NCBI GenBank assembly: GCA_034002405.1
Contig: JAVFAS010000010.1
Span: forward strand, 2,272-66,271
Reading direction: 5' to 3'
Length of the DNA: 64,000 nucleotides
Source: Bacteroidota bacterium
GTDB taxonomy: Bacteria > Bacteroidota > Ignavibacteria > SZUA-365
Part shown: positions 1 through 7,989 of the stretch, piece by piece
Layout: each line of letters begins with the position of its first letter
How positions within the stretch are numbered: position 1 is the first letter of the stretch
Position numbers and translations under genes: made by a program
Notes under the pieces: model-generated
Told to the model about the DNA's origin: nothing
Seen by the model: only the letters and a program-made list of their open reading frames with translations
Databases searched by the model: none

Positions 1-636
1 GATCGGGTGCGCCCCGTTGTCCTGCGCGTCCATCAAGATCACACCGGGACGCACGGCGTCGGTGCGTGCGTGATCCCAGGCCTCGAGTGCGCGCTGAAGG
101 AACACGGGAGTGCGACCATGCCGCGCGAGAGTGTCGCGGTAGACGTGGAATGCGTCGGGCGCCATGGTGCCGGCGTTGAGCACCCCGGACCACTCATCGT
201 CCGAAAGCTCGATGTCGACGATGCCCCGGGCGTGCAGCAAGGCATGCAGCGTGCGGAATGCGCGTTGGCCCGCGAGTGTCAATGCGCATTTTTTCCATGC
301 CGTCTCCTCCGTTTCCCGCAGTGTCTCTTCCATGGCCGTCCAGGAAAGCATGCGCATGCGATCGATGCCGGCGAGCATGACCTGCCAGTCATCGGGGTCC
401 ATCCATCGGACATACTCATGCCGGATGGTGACGCTGAGAATCGGATAGATCGATCGGTAATACGAGCTGAGCCAGCTGGGTGGGAGATGCGCCGTGCCCC
501 GGAGGAAATACGTGAGGGTGTGGAAGCGTATCAGCGGGGAGGGATTGCGCTCGAGACGTCCCAACGTGTCCCGCGCGTAGGCATCGAGTTCGACAGGGGT
601 CTGGATACCATGGATGTCCGGGGATTCTCCAGGCAT
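1..636 (-). CDS. hypothetical protein; C-terminal part runs off the left window edge (212 codons visible)
   Basis: My own minus-strand translation from ATG (complement of 634..636) reads MPGESPDIHGIQTPVELDAYARDTLGRLERNPSPLIRFHTL... and stays open to base 1. It is absent from the ORF track because no stop lies in the window. The + strand ORF 7..708 is its antisense shadow. It starts 14 nt downstream of the 650..1111 gene on the same strand. Confidence 0.5.
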   Translation of the reverse strand, partial: MPGESPDIHGIQTPVELDAYARDTLGRLERNPSPLIRFHTLTYFLRGTAHLPPSWLSSYYRSIYPILSVTIRHEYVRWMDPDDWQVMLAGIDRMRMLSWTAMEETLRETEETAWKKCALTLAGQRAFRTLHALLHARGIVDIELSDDEWSGVLNAGTMAPDAFHVYRDTLARHGRTPVFLQRALEAWDHARTDAVRPGVILMDAQDNGAHPI

Positions 637-649
637 CACACGCTCCGCG

Positions 650-1111
650 CTACGGGGTCTCGAGCGTTACGTGCATCGCATCGATGGCCACGCCCACATC
701 GCCAATGACGAAGCTTCCATCCGCGGAGGGAACGTACACGGTGTCGAGGCCACTGAAGTGGATGCGAATGGATGGGAGTCGTTCGGGTGTGCAGATGACA
801 TAGCCGACCAGACGGCCATCCTGCTCCTCGAGCACCCGCAGGATGACGCGCCCACCCTCGAGGTACCAGGTATGCCGCAGCGCGACGTGGTCTCCGGGCG
901 CGTCCACCATGCCCTGCGCGGCGAGACGGAAGGGCGCGTGCGGTTCGGCGGCCTCCGGGAGGGATGTTGCGGTATCTCGTTCGGCCTCATCGATGCGACG
1001 CAACGCCTCGTACTGCTCGCGGCAGAACGCGCATTCGTCCAGGTGCGGATGGGTCTGTCCACTCGCGACAAGGACGAGGATGGCGATATCGGTGAGATGC
1101 ATTCCGTTCAT
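650..1111 (-). CDS. zf-HC2-type putative anti-sigma factor-like protein (153 aa)
   Basis: The N-terminal HPHLDECAFCREQ contains the H-x3-C-x2-C (HLxxCxxC) signature of zf-HC2 anti-sigma factors. Its start overlaps the stop of the upstream gene by 4 nt (ATGA). Confidence 0.55.
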   Translation of the reverse strand: MNGMHLTDIAILVLVASGQTHPHLDECAFCREQYEALRRIDEAERDTATSLPEAAEPHAPFRLAAQGMVDAPGDHVALRHTWYLEGGRVILRVLEEQDGRLVGYVICTPERLPSIRIHFSGLDTVYVPSADGSFVIGDVGVAIDAMHVTLETP

Positions 1112-2250
1112 GATGATTCCACGACGCGAGATCCCGGCGTTTCTTCCTGGTCATCAATGGATAATTGCAGACGTGTACGCACCGTGGTGAAAATATTCCG
1201 GAGCAAATATTCGTACACATTGCGATAGCGCGCGCGGTAGTCCGCGTGCGTCAATCCCGGGAGGAGTTCGCGCAGATAATGAAAATGTCCGCGATCCTCG
1301 GCCGACGCGAGGTCCGTGACGTAGCGCTCGGCGGCGAGCAACATGGCCGATGCCTCGCTCTCGCTGAGCTTGCCGCGGGCGACGTAGCTGCGATGGACCC
1401 AGGGGCGCAGGGACTCGAGCACGTCGAGGATCTCCTGCGTGATGGACGCGGCGTCCATCGGCAGGTCGTCGTCGCGTGTGTCTGCCGGCGTCGCGGCGAC
1501 ATGATCGGCCTGGATCACTTGGAGGGTGAGGTCGAGCACATCTTCCTCCGATACCGCCTGGCGAAGGGCGGGGAAACGGCGCAGGGATTCGAGCAGGTTC
1601 GCCAACACCGACGCGGCGGGATGCGCGTGGTGGTCGGATGCCGTGAGCATCGCCCGCAGCACTTCCGGCGGTGCGGCGGGCAGTTCGAGACACGGGTCCG
1701 TCCGCGCGAGGGAATACCAATACCCGGCGATTCCGTCATGTCGCGTGAAGCTCGCCGTCGCCTGCACATGCCGGCGCAGCGCGCGCAAGAGACGCGCGCG
1801 AAAGGGGTGGATTTCCGTGAAGACCCGCGCGAGATTCAGTCGTACCGTGCGCAAAACCACGGCCTTGAACGCGAGGTCGAGGGGAAGATTCGTCTCCGCA
1901 TGTTGCGCGACAACCTCCCGCAGCGCGCCGCGCAAGCGCTCCATCCGCTCGCCGTCGATCTCGGAAAGGAGTTCCGCGATCGCATCGATGGCGACATCGT
2001 CCACCGACAGCCCGAGAGGCAGCAACGAATAATTGCGGTGCCAGACCAGCCAGCGGATATACCCACGCGCATGCGCGAGCGCGGCGTGGAAAATCGTCTC
2101 CGTCCCTGCATGGGAAAGTTCGCCCCGCAGCAACAGGGCCAAGACTTCCTCAAGAATGTCGGTTGTTCTCGGTTGGCGGTTCATCAATGCGGGGAAATTA
2201 GTGCTTTCCGTCCTCATCACCAACACCACGGGGGAAAAATCCGTCCACAT
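1108..2250 (-). CDS. hypothetical protein (380 aa; possible divergent sigma-like partner of the zf-HC2 protein)
   Basis: Long ORF with protein-like composition, helical and Leu/Arg/Ala-rich. It is translationally coupled to the zf-HC2 gene. An alternative start is at 2184 (MNRQPRTT). I could not recognise canonical sigma region 2/4 motifs by eye. Confidence 0.5.
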   Translation of the reverse strand: MWTDFSPVVLVMRTESTNFPALMNRQPRTTDILEEVLALLLRGELSHAGTETIFHAALAHARGYIRWLVWHRNYSLLPLGLSVDDVAIDAIAELLSEIDGERMERLRGALREVVAQHAETNLPLDLAFKAVVLRTVRLNLARVFTEIHPFRARLLRALRRHVQATASFTRHDGIAGYWYSLARTDPCLELPAAPPEVLRAMLTASDHHAHPAASVLANLLESLRRFPALRQAVSEEDVLDLTLQVIQADHVAATPADTRDDDLPMDAASITQEILDVLESLRPWVHRSYVARGKLSESEASAMLLAAERYVTDLASAEDRGHFHYLRELLPGLTHADYRARYRNVYEYLLRNIFTTVRTRLQLSIDDQEETPGSRVVESS

Positions 2251-2314
2251 CGTAACTATCTCGGAGAGTATCGTACAAACCGGTCAGAATATGTGAAACC
2301 GCAGGGAGCACGGG

Positions 2315-2737
2315 ATGACGATGGCGACACATTCCTCACACCATGCAGGTGCCATCATGGAACTCGTCGAATTGTCGGATCTGATTGCGTATGTTGTCGC
2401 GCTCAGCATCGCCGCGGAGCGTCTGGTCGAAATCGTCAAGGGTGTTGTCCCGTTTTTCCAGAAAAAAGCGGAAACGGAGGAACGTGAAACCTGGCGTCGG
2501 GTCGCGCTGCAACTCCTCGCCGTCGGCGCCGGCATGCTCACGGCGCATCTCGCGATGCCCGCGGTGGCGGAACTCGTTCCCGCGCAGTGGCAAACCTTCC
2601 CGGGCATCGTCGCGCTCGGTCTGCTGGCGAGTGGCGGGTCGAGCCTGTGGAACTCGGTACTCGATTACGCCAGCGCGGTGAAATCCATCACCAAACTCAA
2701 CGCGGAACTGAAGAAGCTGAAAAAGAAGGCATCCTGA
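2315..2737 (+). CDS. small membrane protein, unknown function
   Basis: About three hydrophobic segments (LIAYVVALSIAA, ALQLLAVGAGMLTAHLAM, GIVALGLLASGG) and a basic C-terminal tail (KKLKKKAS). Transcribed divergently from the 1108..2250 operon. The start could be the internal MELVEL (2357). Confidence 0.5.
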   Translation: MTMATHSSHHAGAIMELVELSDLIAYVVALSIAAERLVEIVKGVVPFFQKKAETEERETWRRVALQLLAVGAGMLTAHLAMPAVAELVPAQWQTFPGIVALGLLASGGSSLWNSVLDYASAVKSITKLNAELKKLKKKAS

Positions 2738-2770
2738 TCCGGCATCCCGCGCCGGGACAGCGCGATGGAT

Positions 2771-2804
2771 CACGGGAAATACGCATGAGTGCGTATTTCC
2801 CGTG
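2771..2804. terminator. perfect 15-bp-stem hairpin after the small membrane protein gene (also contains a 7-2-7 palindrome)
   Basis: cacgggaaatacgca-tgag-tgcgtatttcccgtg. It lies 34 nt after the stop at 2737. No T-run follows, so a terminator role is uncertain. Confidence 0.45.
2780..2795. promoter_or_regulatory. 7-2-7 inverted heptamer TACGCAT-GA-GTGCGTA (candidate HTH-dimer operator)
   Basis: Near-identical to the site at 7291..7306. It lies 252 nt upstream of the adhesin ATG (3047). Confidence 0.3.
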
Positions 2805-3046
2805 AATTGCATCCGGATTACTTTTGAGCAGTCATACCCCACCGTCACACGCCGTCGGATCCTCTCCATACCCTACGATGTTGGAGCCCCGTTTCGTGCG
2901 ACCAAGACAGACGAAGACCGCCGGTTCGCGGCGCGGTTCGAAAGAACAGCCCGGCCCCTGGTGGTGCGGCGCATGTCGTCGCCGTCTCCGCGCGAACGAT
3001 GCTTCCGCATTGTAACCGATTATCCACTCAATGGAGCAGGATCATA

Positions 3047-6000
3047 ATGATATCTGCAAAACTATTTCTCTCACGCGTTCGGCATGGATCGCGGCATGTG
3101 ACGGCAGCACTGCTGCTCGTCGCCGTGTTCGTGGTCCCGTTCTCCACCGGAACCGCGCAGCCAATCTTCTCGGGCGTGTCGCACACGGTGACGACACTGG
3201 TCGACGAGGACGATGGAAACATGGTCGGGACCAACGGCATCGGGACCAGTCTGCGTGAAGCGGTACGGTATTCCGCCGCCGGCGACCGTATCCTTTTCCA
3301 CGCCACGCTCGACGGGACGGCATTTCTGACGATGGGTCCCCTCCTGGTTTCCCATCATCTCATTATTGACGGTGCGTCCTCTGGAATCGAGATCAATGGG
3401 AACGATCTGCAAGGAATTTTTGCGACGGACGTGGACGTAAAGCTTCGGATTTCGAATCTGACGCTGGCCGCGGGCCGCGCGATCAATGGCGCAGCCATTG
3501 CGTCACGAGGCGGACTCTGGTTGGAGAATGTCGCCATCCGCTGGAGCACCGCCACCGGTCGCGGTGGCGGTGTGTTCCATCAGGGCACCGATATCCTCAG
3601 CATCAACGCGTGCCGCTTCGAATACAACGAATCCTATTCCGACGGCGCGGCGATCGCGGCAACCAACGGAACGGTGGTGATCCAATTCTCCACCTTTGAA
3701 TCCAATCGAAGCGCGGCCGACGGTGGCGCGGTCGCCCTGCTGGGCGGCGCGGCTCCCGCATCGCTCGTTTCATCGCTTTTTAGTGCAAATATCGCTGGCG
3801 GCTCGGGCGGAGCTCTCGCCATCGGGTCGACCGCCATCGCGGTCATCGACCGCTGCACCATGGACAACAATCGTGCGGAGTACGGCGGCGGCATCGATAA
3901 TATGGGAACGCTGACCGTCACCACCTCGACCATCAGTGGAAACACCAGCGCGTTTCGCGGTGGTGGAATACGCAGCGGTGGCACACTGGATCTCGATTAC
4001 ACCACGATAGCGCGAAACAGTACGTCATCTGGTGGTGGACTCACCGCGCAAGGTCCCGTGAACATGCGGCGAACGCTGATCGCGGAGAACTCGGCGAAGA
4101 GCTCGGTTGATGTCTTTGGAGCAATCCAATCCCTCGGACACAATCTCGTGGGCGAGGGCGAGGGGAGCAGCGGCTGGAACGGGACCACCGATCTGGTCGG
4201 GACCGCCGAGAAGCCCATGATTGCCGCGCTCGACGATCTCCGCAGCAACGATGCCGTGACGAAAACCCATGCCTTGCTCATGTGCTCGCGCGCCATCGAT
4301 GCCGCGACCGCCTCGCCCGTGCTGCCACTGGATTTTGATCAGCGTTCGGTAACTCGTACGATCGAGGGCGATCATGATGGCACTGCGAATCCCGACATCG
4401 GCGCGTTCGAGGTCACGGCACCGCTCGACAACGAGGCACCGATCATCAGCGAACATCCGGGGTACCAGGTGTTTCTCGACGCCAGCGGAAATGCCACCAT
4501 CACGGCGGACAAACTGCTGTTGAACGTCTTCGACAACTGCGACATTCTCAGCACCAGCGTCAGCAAACTCAGCTTCGGCTGTGCCGATGTTGGGTCGGTC
4601 ACGGTGACACTCACGGCGACGGATCGCAGTCACAACACCACCACGGTCAATGTCGATGTGCTGGTGATCGACAATACGCCGCCCGTCCTCACCGTCCCCG
4701 CGAACGTCGTAGCCAACGCCTCGTCCTCGAGCTGCGATGTCGCGTTGACCGCGGCACAGCTCGGCACGGCGACGGCGAGCTCGACCTGCGGCGGCGCCAC
4801 CATCACCAACAACGCCCCCGCGAACTTCCCGATCGGCGTGACAATGGTCACCTGGTTCGCGGAGGATGACAACGGCAATATCGCCACCGGGCAGCAGACC
4901 GTCACCGTCAATGACGTGACGGCGCCCGTGATCAACAACGGCAATGCGCTGGCGGCGATCTCCGTCAACGCCCCGCCCACCAGCTGCATGGTGCCGCGCA
5001 CCCAGGCGCTGGCCACCGAACCGCCGGCGTCGGACAATTGCACCTTCGTGCTCACCAACGACGCCCCGGCGTTCTTCCCGCTCGGCGCGACGGTGGTGAC
5101 CTGGACGGCAACCGATCCCGCCGGCAACTTCAGCACGAAATCGCAGACGGTCACCGTGGTTGACGCCACGCCGCCGCTCGTGTTCGCGCCGCCTGATCTT
5201 TCGGTCGTGGTGGACCCCAACAGCTGCACGCGCGACGGTGCCACCGTCGATCTCGGCACGCCCGTCGTGTCCGACAACTGCGGCATCGCCAGCATGACCA
5301 ACAACAAGCCCGCGAACTTTCCGATTGGTTCGACACCGGTGACGTGGACCGTCGAGGACAATGCCGGCAATATCGCCACCGCCACACAGCACGTGGTTGT
5401 GTTTGACGATACCCCCCCGACCGTCGTCGCTCCCCCGGATCTCGAGGTCGAGGCCGACGCGAATTCCTGTTCCTGGACCGTGATTCCGAGCGTGCTCGGA
5501 ACGGCAACCAGCGACGATAACTGCGCCGTTGCCATGGTGACCAACAGCGCGGGCAGTTCGCTCGCCGTGGGAACCCATCGTGTCATCTGGACCGTGATCG
5601 ACGGTGTCGGTAACCGCTCGACCGATGTGCAGATCGTCACGGTCACGGGTGATCCCCCCACCATCACCGACAATCCCGATATAACGGTCAATACCGCCAC
5701 GGGCAAGGCCGGTGCGGTAGTCACCTTCACGGCTCCAACCGCGGGAAGCAGCTGCTCGGATGACATCGAAATCATCCGGACGGGTGGACTCGGCAGCGGG
5801 GATTTCTTCCCGGTGGGTTCGACCAAGGTGTCATACATGGCCATCGATGGCAGCAACCAGATCGCGACGTCCGATTTCTGGGTGACCGTGGTCGACAACG
5901 AAGACCCGCAGATCGTGGTCAAGGTTGCTCCGGTCAATCTCTGGCCGGCGGACAACAAGATGAAGGAGATCAAGGCCACGGTCGAAGTCTGGGACAACGT

Positions 6001-6532
6001 GCCCGGCGCCACGGCCGTGCTGACCTCGATCGACTGCAACCAGAACGCGAATGGTGATATTGCCGGGGCCAGCACCGGGAATTTCGATCTCTTCTTCGAG
6101 CTGCGGGCCAAGCGCAATCCCAGCAATTCGCGAATCTACACGATCACCTACACCGCCACGGACCTCGCGAGCAACACCGCGACAGCATCGGCGACGGTCA
6201 CCGTCCCCGAGACCAAGCCGAAGGACTTCGAGGAGGAACTTCTCCCGGCGCCCGCGACGGTGACACTTGCACAGAACTATCCGAATCCGTTCAACCCCGC
6301 CACCCAGATCAGCTTCGGGACGCCGGTGGATCAGCACGTCGAACTCCGCATCTACAACACCATTGGGGTGCCGGTGCGGACGCTCGTCAGTTCGATGCTG
6401 CCCGCGGGCGCGTATACCGTCGAATGGAACGGCCGGGATGACGGCGGTGCGGCACTGCCGAGCGGCGTGTACCTGTACATGCTGCGAGCGGGCGACACGC
6501 ATGTCGAACGCAAGATGATTCTGGCTCGATAA
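3047..6532 (+). CDS. secreted adhesin-like T9SS cargo: Pmp-type beta-helix repeats, HYR/Ig-like array and C-terminal sorting domain
   Basis: Signal peptide (VTAALLLVAVFVVPFSTGTAQP). GGA(I/L)-type repeats (GGGVFH, DGAAIAA, DGGAVAL, GSGGALAI, YGGGIDN, RGGGIRS, SGGGL) as in polymorphic outer membrane protein repeats. Five to six repeats of about 80 aa of the form DxTPP...C....NCG...tNdaP..FPiG.T.VTWta.D..GN, which look like HYR domains. The C-terminus NYPNPFNPATQISF...VYLYMLRAGDTHVERKMILAR is a T9SS CTD. I trimmed the start from 2999 to the ATG just before the signal peptide. Confidence 0.85.
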   Translation: MISAKLFLSRVRHGSRHVTAALLLVAVFVVPFSTGTAQPIFSGVSHTVTTLVDEDDGNMVGTNGIGTSLREAVRYSAAGDRILFHATLDGTAFLTMGPLLVSHHLIIDGASSGIEINGNDLQGIFATDVDVKLRISNLTLAAGRAINGAAIASRGGLWLENVAIRWSTATGRGGGVFHQGTDILSINACRFEYNESYSDGAAIAATNGTVVIQFSTFESNRSAADGGAVALLGGAAPASLVSSLFSANIAGGSGGALAIGSTAIAVIDRCTMDNNRAEYGGGIDNMGTLTVTTSTISGNTSAFRGGGIRSGGTLDLDYTTIARNSTSSGGGLTAQGPVNMRRTLIAENSAKSSVDVFGAIQSLGHNLVGEGEGSSGWNGTTDLVGTAEKPMIAALDDLRSNDAVTKTHALLMCSRAIDAATASPVLPLDFDQRSVTRTIEGDHDGTANPDIGAFEVTAPLDNEAPIISEHPGYQVFLDASGNATITADKLLLNVFDNCDILSTSVSKLSFGCADVGSVTVTLTATDRSHNTTTVNVDVLVIDNTPPVLTVPANVVANASSSSCDVALTAAQLGTATASSTCGGATITNNAPANFPIGVTMVTWFAEDDNGNIATGQQTVTVNDVTAPVINNGNALAAISVNAPPTSCMVPRTQALATEPPASDNCTFVLTNDAPAFFPLGATVVTWTATDPAGNFSTKSQTVTVVDATPPLVFAPPDLSVVVDPNSCTRDGATVDLGTPVVSDNCGIASMTNNKPANFPIGSTPVTWTVEDNAGNIATATQHVVVFDDTPPTVVAPPDLEVEADANSCSWTVIPSVLGTATSDDNCAVAMVTNSAGSSLAVGTHRVIWTVIDGVGNRSTDVQIVTVTGDPPTITDNPDITVNTATGKAGAVVTFTAPTAGSSCSDDIEIIRTGGLGSGDFFPVGSTKVSYMAIDGSNQIATSDFWVTVVDNEDPQIVVKVAPVNLWPADNKMKEIKATVEVWDNVPGATAVLTSIDCNQNANGDIAGASTGNFDLFFELRAKRNPSNSRIYTITYTATDLASNTATASATVTVPETKPKDFEEELLPAPATVTLAQNYPNPFNPATQISFGTPVDQHVELRIYNTIGVPVRTLVSSMLPAGAYTVEWNGRDDGGAALPSGVYLYMLRAGDTHVERKMILAR
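4670..5911 (+). repeat. tandem array of about five HYR-like Ig domains (about 80 aa each) inside the adhesin gene
   Basis: Recurring D(N/A/D)TPP(V/L/T) boundaries, paired Cys, and FP(I/L)G(S/V/A)T.VTW..(E/T)D..GN motifs read from the translation. Confidence 0.7.
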
Positions 6533-6545
6533 TCTCCCTGTCACA

Positions 6546-6586
6546 ATCCCCGGTCGCGGATTCGTCCCGACCGGGGATTTTTTTTC
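6546..6586 (+). terminator. rho-independent terminator of the adhesin gene
   Basis: atccccggtcg...cgaccggggat stem followed by a T8 run, 14 nt after the stop. Confidence 0.85.
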
Positions 6587-6615
6587 TTGTGATATTTTTA
6601 TCCCCCTGCTATCAT
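6587..6615 (+). promoter_or_regulatory. sigma70-type promoter TTGTGA-N17-TATCAT placed 5 nt from the ATG (predicts a leaderless mRNA)
   Basis: -35 at 6587..6592, 17-nt spacer, -10 at 6610..6615, ATG at 6621. No Shine-Dalgarno sequence is possible. Confidence 0.5.
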
Positions 6616-6620
6616 TGCGC

Positions 6621-7262
6621 ATGATTTCCGTCACCATCGCCACCGCCTTTCCGCTTCTCCGCGAGGGATTGCTGCGCACGCTGCAGGTGGATCGCGGCGT
6701 GCTCGTCAAATCCATCGCATCCGACACCGACGCCGTGCTCAACAGCTGCGGGCCACGGCCGTCCGATGTGCTGCTGCTGCACGCCGACCTCCCCGGCCTC
6801 GCCACCGCGGATCTCCTGCGCCGCATGCAGCAAAAGGGCTGTGCCGAAGCGGTGGTTCTATTCGGGAAATGGACGCCGGAAAGCGCGACCGCCGCGGGTC
6901 GTACAGGTTGCCGCGGACTGCTGAGCGAAGCCGACGATCCCGATACGTTCGTGCGCGCCGTGCATTTCGCCGCGACGGGGGATCGATTCGTCTCCGATCG
7001 TTTCGAGGAACACCTGCGCGACGCGGAGTTCCGTGCCGACCCGGGTGCGTTGGGACGGGTCGAGCGGTTGCTCACCCCCACGGAACTGCAGGTGTTGCGT
7101 GCGCTCGGTGACAATCGCACGAGCAGGGAAATCGCCGCCCGCATGTTCATCAGCCATCGCACGGTGCAAAAACACCGCAGCAATATCGCGCGCAAGCTCG
7201 GACTCGACGGAAGCAACGCGCTGCTGGCGTTCGCGGTCAAGCATCATGCGCGCCGCCGCTGA
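6621..7262 (+). CDS. LuxR/NarL-family transcriptional regulator with degenerate (pseudo-)receiver domain
   Basis: C-terminal HTH: LTPTELQVLRALGDNRTSREIAARMFISHRTVQKHRSNIARKLGL. The N-terminal domain aligns to CheY-like receivers, but the acidic pair, the phospho-Asp (His here), the Ser/Thr and the Lys positions are all substituted. The ORF track starts at TTG 6615; I prefer ATG 6621. Confidence 0.85.
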   Translation: MISVTIATAFPLLREGLLRTLQVDRGVLVKSIASDTDAVLNSCGPRPSDVLLLHADLPGLATADLLRRMQQKGCAEAVVLFGKWTPESATAAGRTGCRGLLSEADDPDTFVRAVHFAATGDRFVSDRFEEHLRDAEFRADPGALGRVERLLTPTELQVLRALGDNRTSREIAARMFISHRTVQKHRSNIARKLGLDGSNALLAFAVKHHARRR

Positions 7263-7290
7263 GGCGGGACACCCTCTCCCCGTCCTGAAT

Positions 7291-7306
7291 ACGCACAAGT
7301 GCGTAT
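7291..7306. promoter_or_regulatory. perfect 7-2-7 inverted heptamer TACGCAC-AA-GTGCGTA (candidate operator)
   Basis: 29 nt after the LuxR stop and 178 nt upstream of the 7484 gene. It shares AATACGCA-NNA-GTGCGTAT with 2778..2796. Confidence 0.35.
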
Positions 7307-7483
7307 ATGCCCCCGCTCCCGGAATGCCTATCTTCGTGTACTCATCGTAGGAGTATGTTCGAGAATCGTCGCCACGGGTTTCCCGTTGCGAACGATTGCG
7401 TGTGATACGGCGCAAGCCGGTGGAAGTGGTATGATGGTTCATGCCATCATTCATCACGATCTGTCGGAGGTTGTATCACGCCT

Positions 7484-7978
7484 ATGAATACCAGACACAG
7501 CGTTCTGGTTCTGCTGGGAGTACTGCTCGCCTGGACAGCCCAGGCACAGCGTATTGATCCCACGGTCGTCGCGCCGTCGGGCGGGTTTTCCCGCACCGAA
7601 CGCGTCAGCGTCTCATGGACCGTCGGGCAGACCGCCGTCGATCTGCGGACCGGCCATTTTGGCACGCTGAGCGAAGGATTCCAGCACGCCCATCTCACCG
7701 TCATCCCCATGCGGGATCGTCGGACACCATTCACACTCACCCTCTCACCCAATCCCACACGGCATACCGTGCTCATCGCCATGGACGGCGTCGAGAACGA
7801 CATGACGCTGGTGCTGTTCAACCTGCTTGGCGAGCCCGTGCTCCGGCAGCAGGTTCGCGGCGGTGAGCAACTCGCGCGCATGTCGTTCGAATCCCTGCCC
7901 AGCGGACTCTATCTCCTGGTTGCGATCTCGGGTTCGGGCGAGCAATTGGCGTTGTATAAAATTGTCAAAGCAGAATAA
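7484..7978 (+). CDS. small secreted protein with T9SS C-terminal sorting domain (164 aa)
   Basis: Signal peptide VLVLLGVLLAWTAQAQ, a short N-terminal module (SGGFS...VSWTVGQTAV...LSEGFQH), then the CTD (LSPNPTRHTVLIAM...LPSGLYLLVAISGSGEQLALYKIVKAE). GGAGG Shine-Dalgarno sequence upstream. Confidence 0.75.
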   Translation: MNTRHSVLVLLGVLLAWTAQAQRIDPTVVAPSGGFSRTERVSVSWTVGQTAVDLRTGHFGTLSEGFQHAHLTVIPMRDRRTPFTLTLSPNPTRHTVLIAMDGVENDMTLVLFNLLGEPVLRQQVRGGEQLARMSFESLPSGLYLLVAISGSGEQLALYKIVKAE

Positions 7979-7989
7979 CAACTACTAAA

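Noticed and set aside
7-708. 233-aa ORF on the + strand at the left edge
   Set aside because: Its composition is Arg/His/Gly/Cys-rich and not protein-like. The minus-strand frame from ATG 636 gives a plausible protein that is open to the window edge and is operon-linked to the 650..1111 gene.
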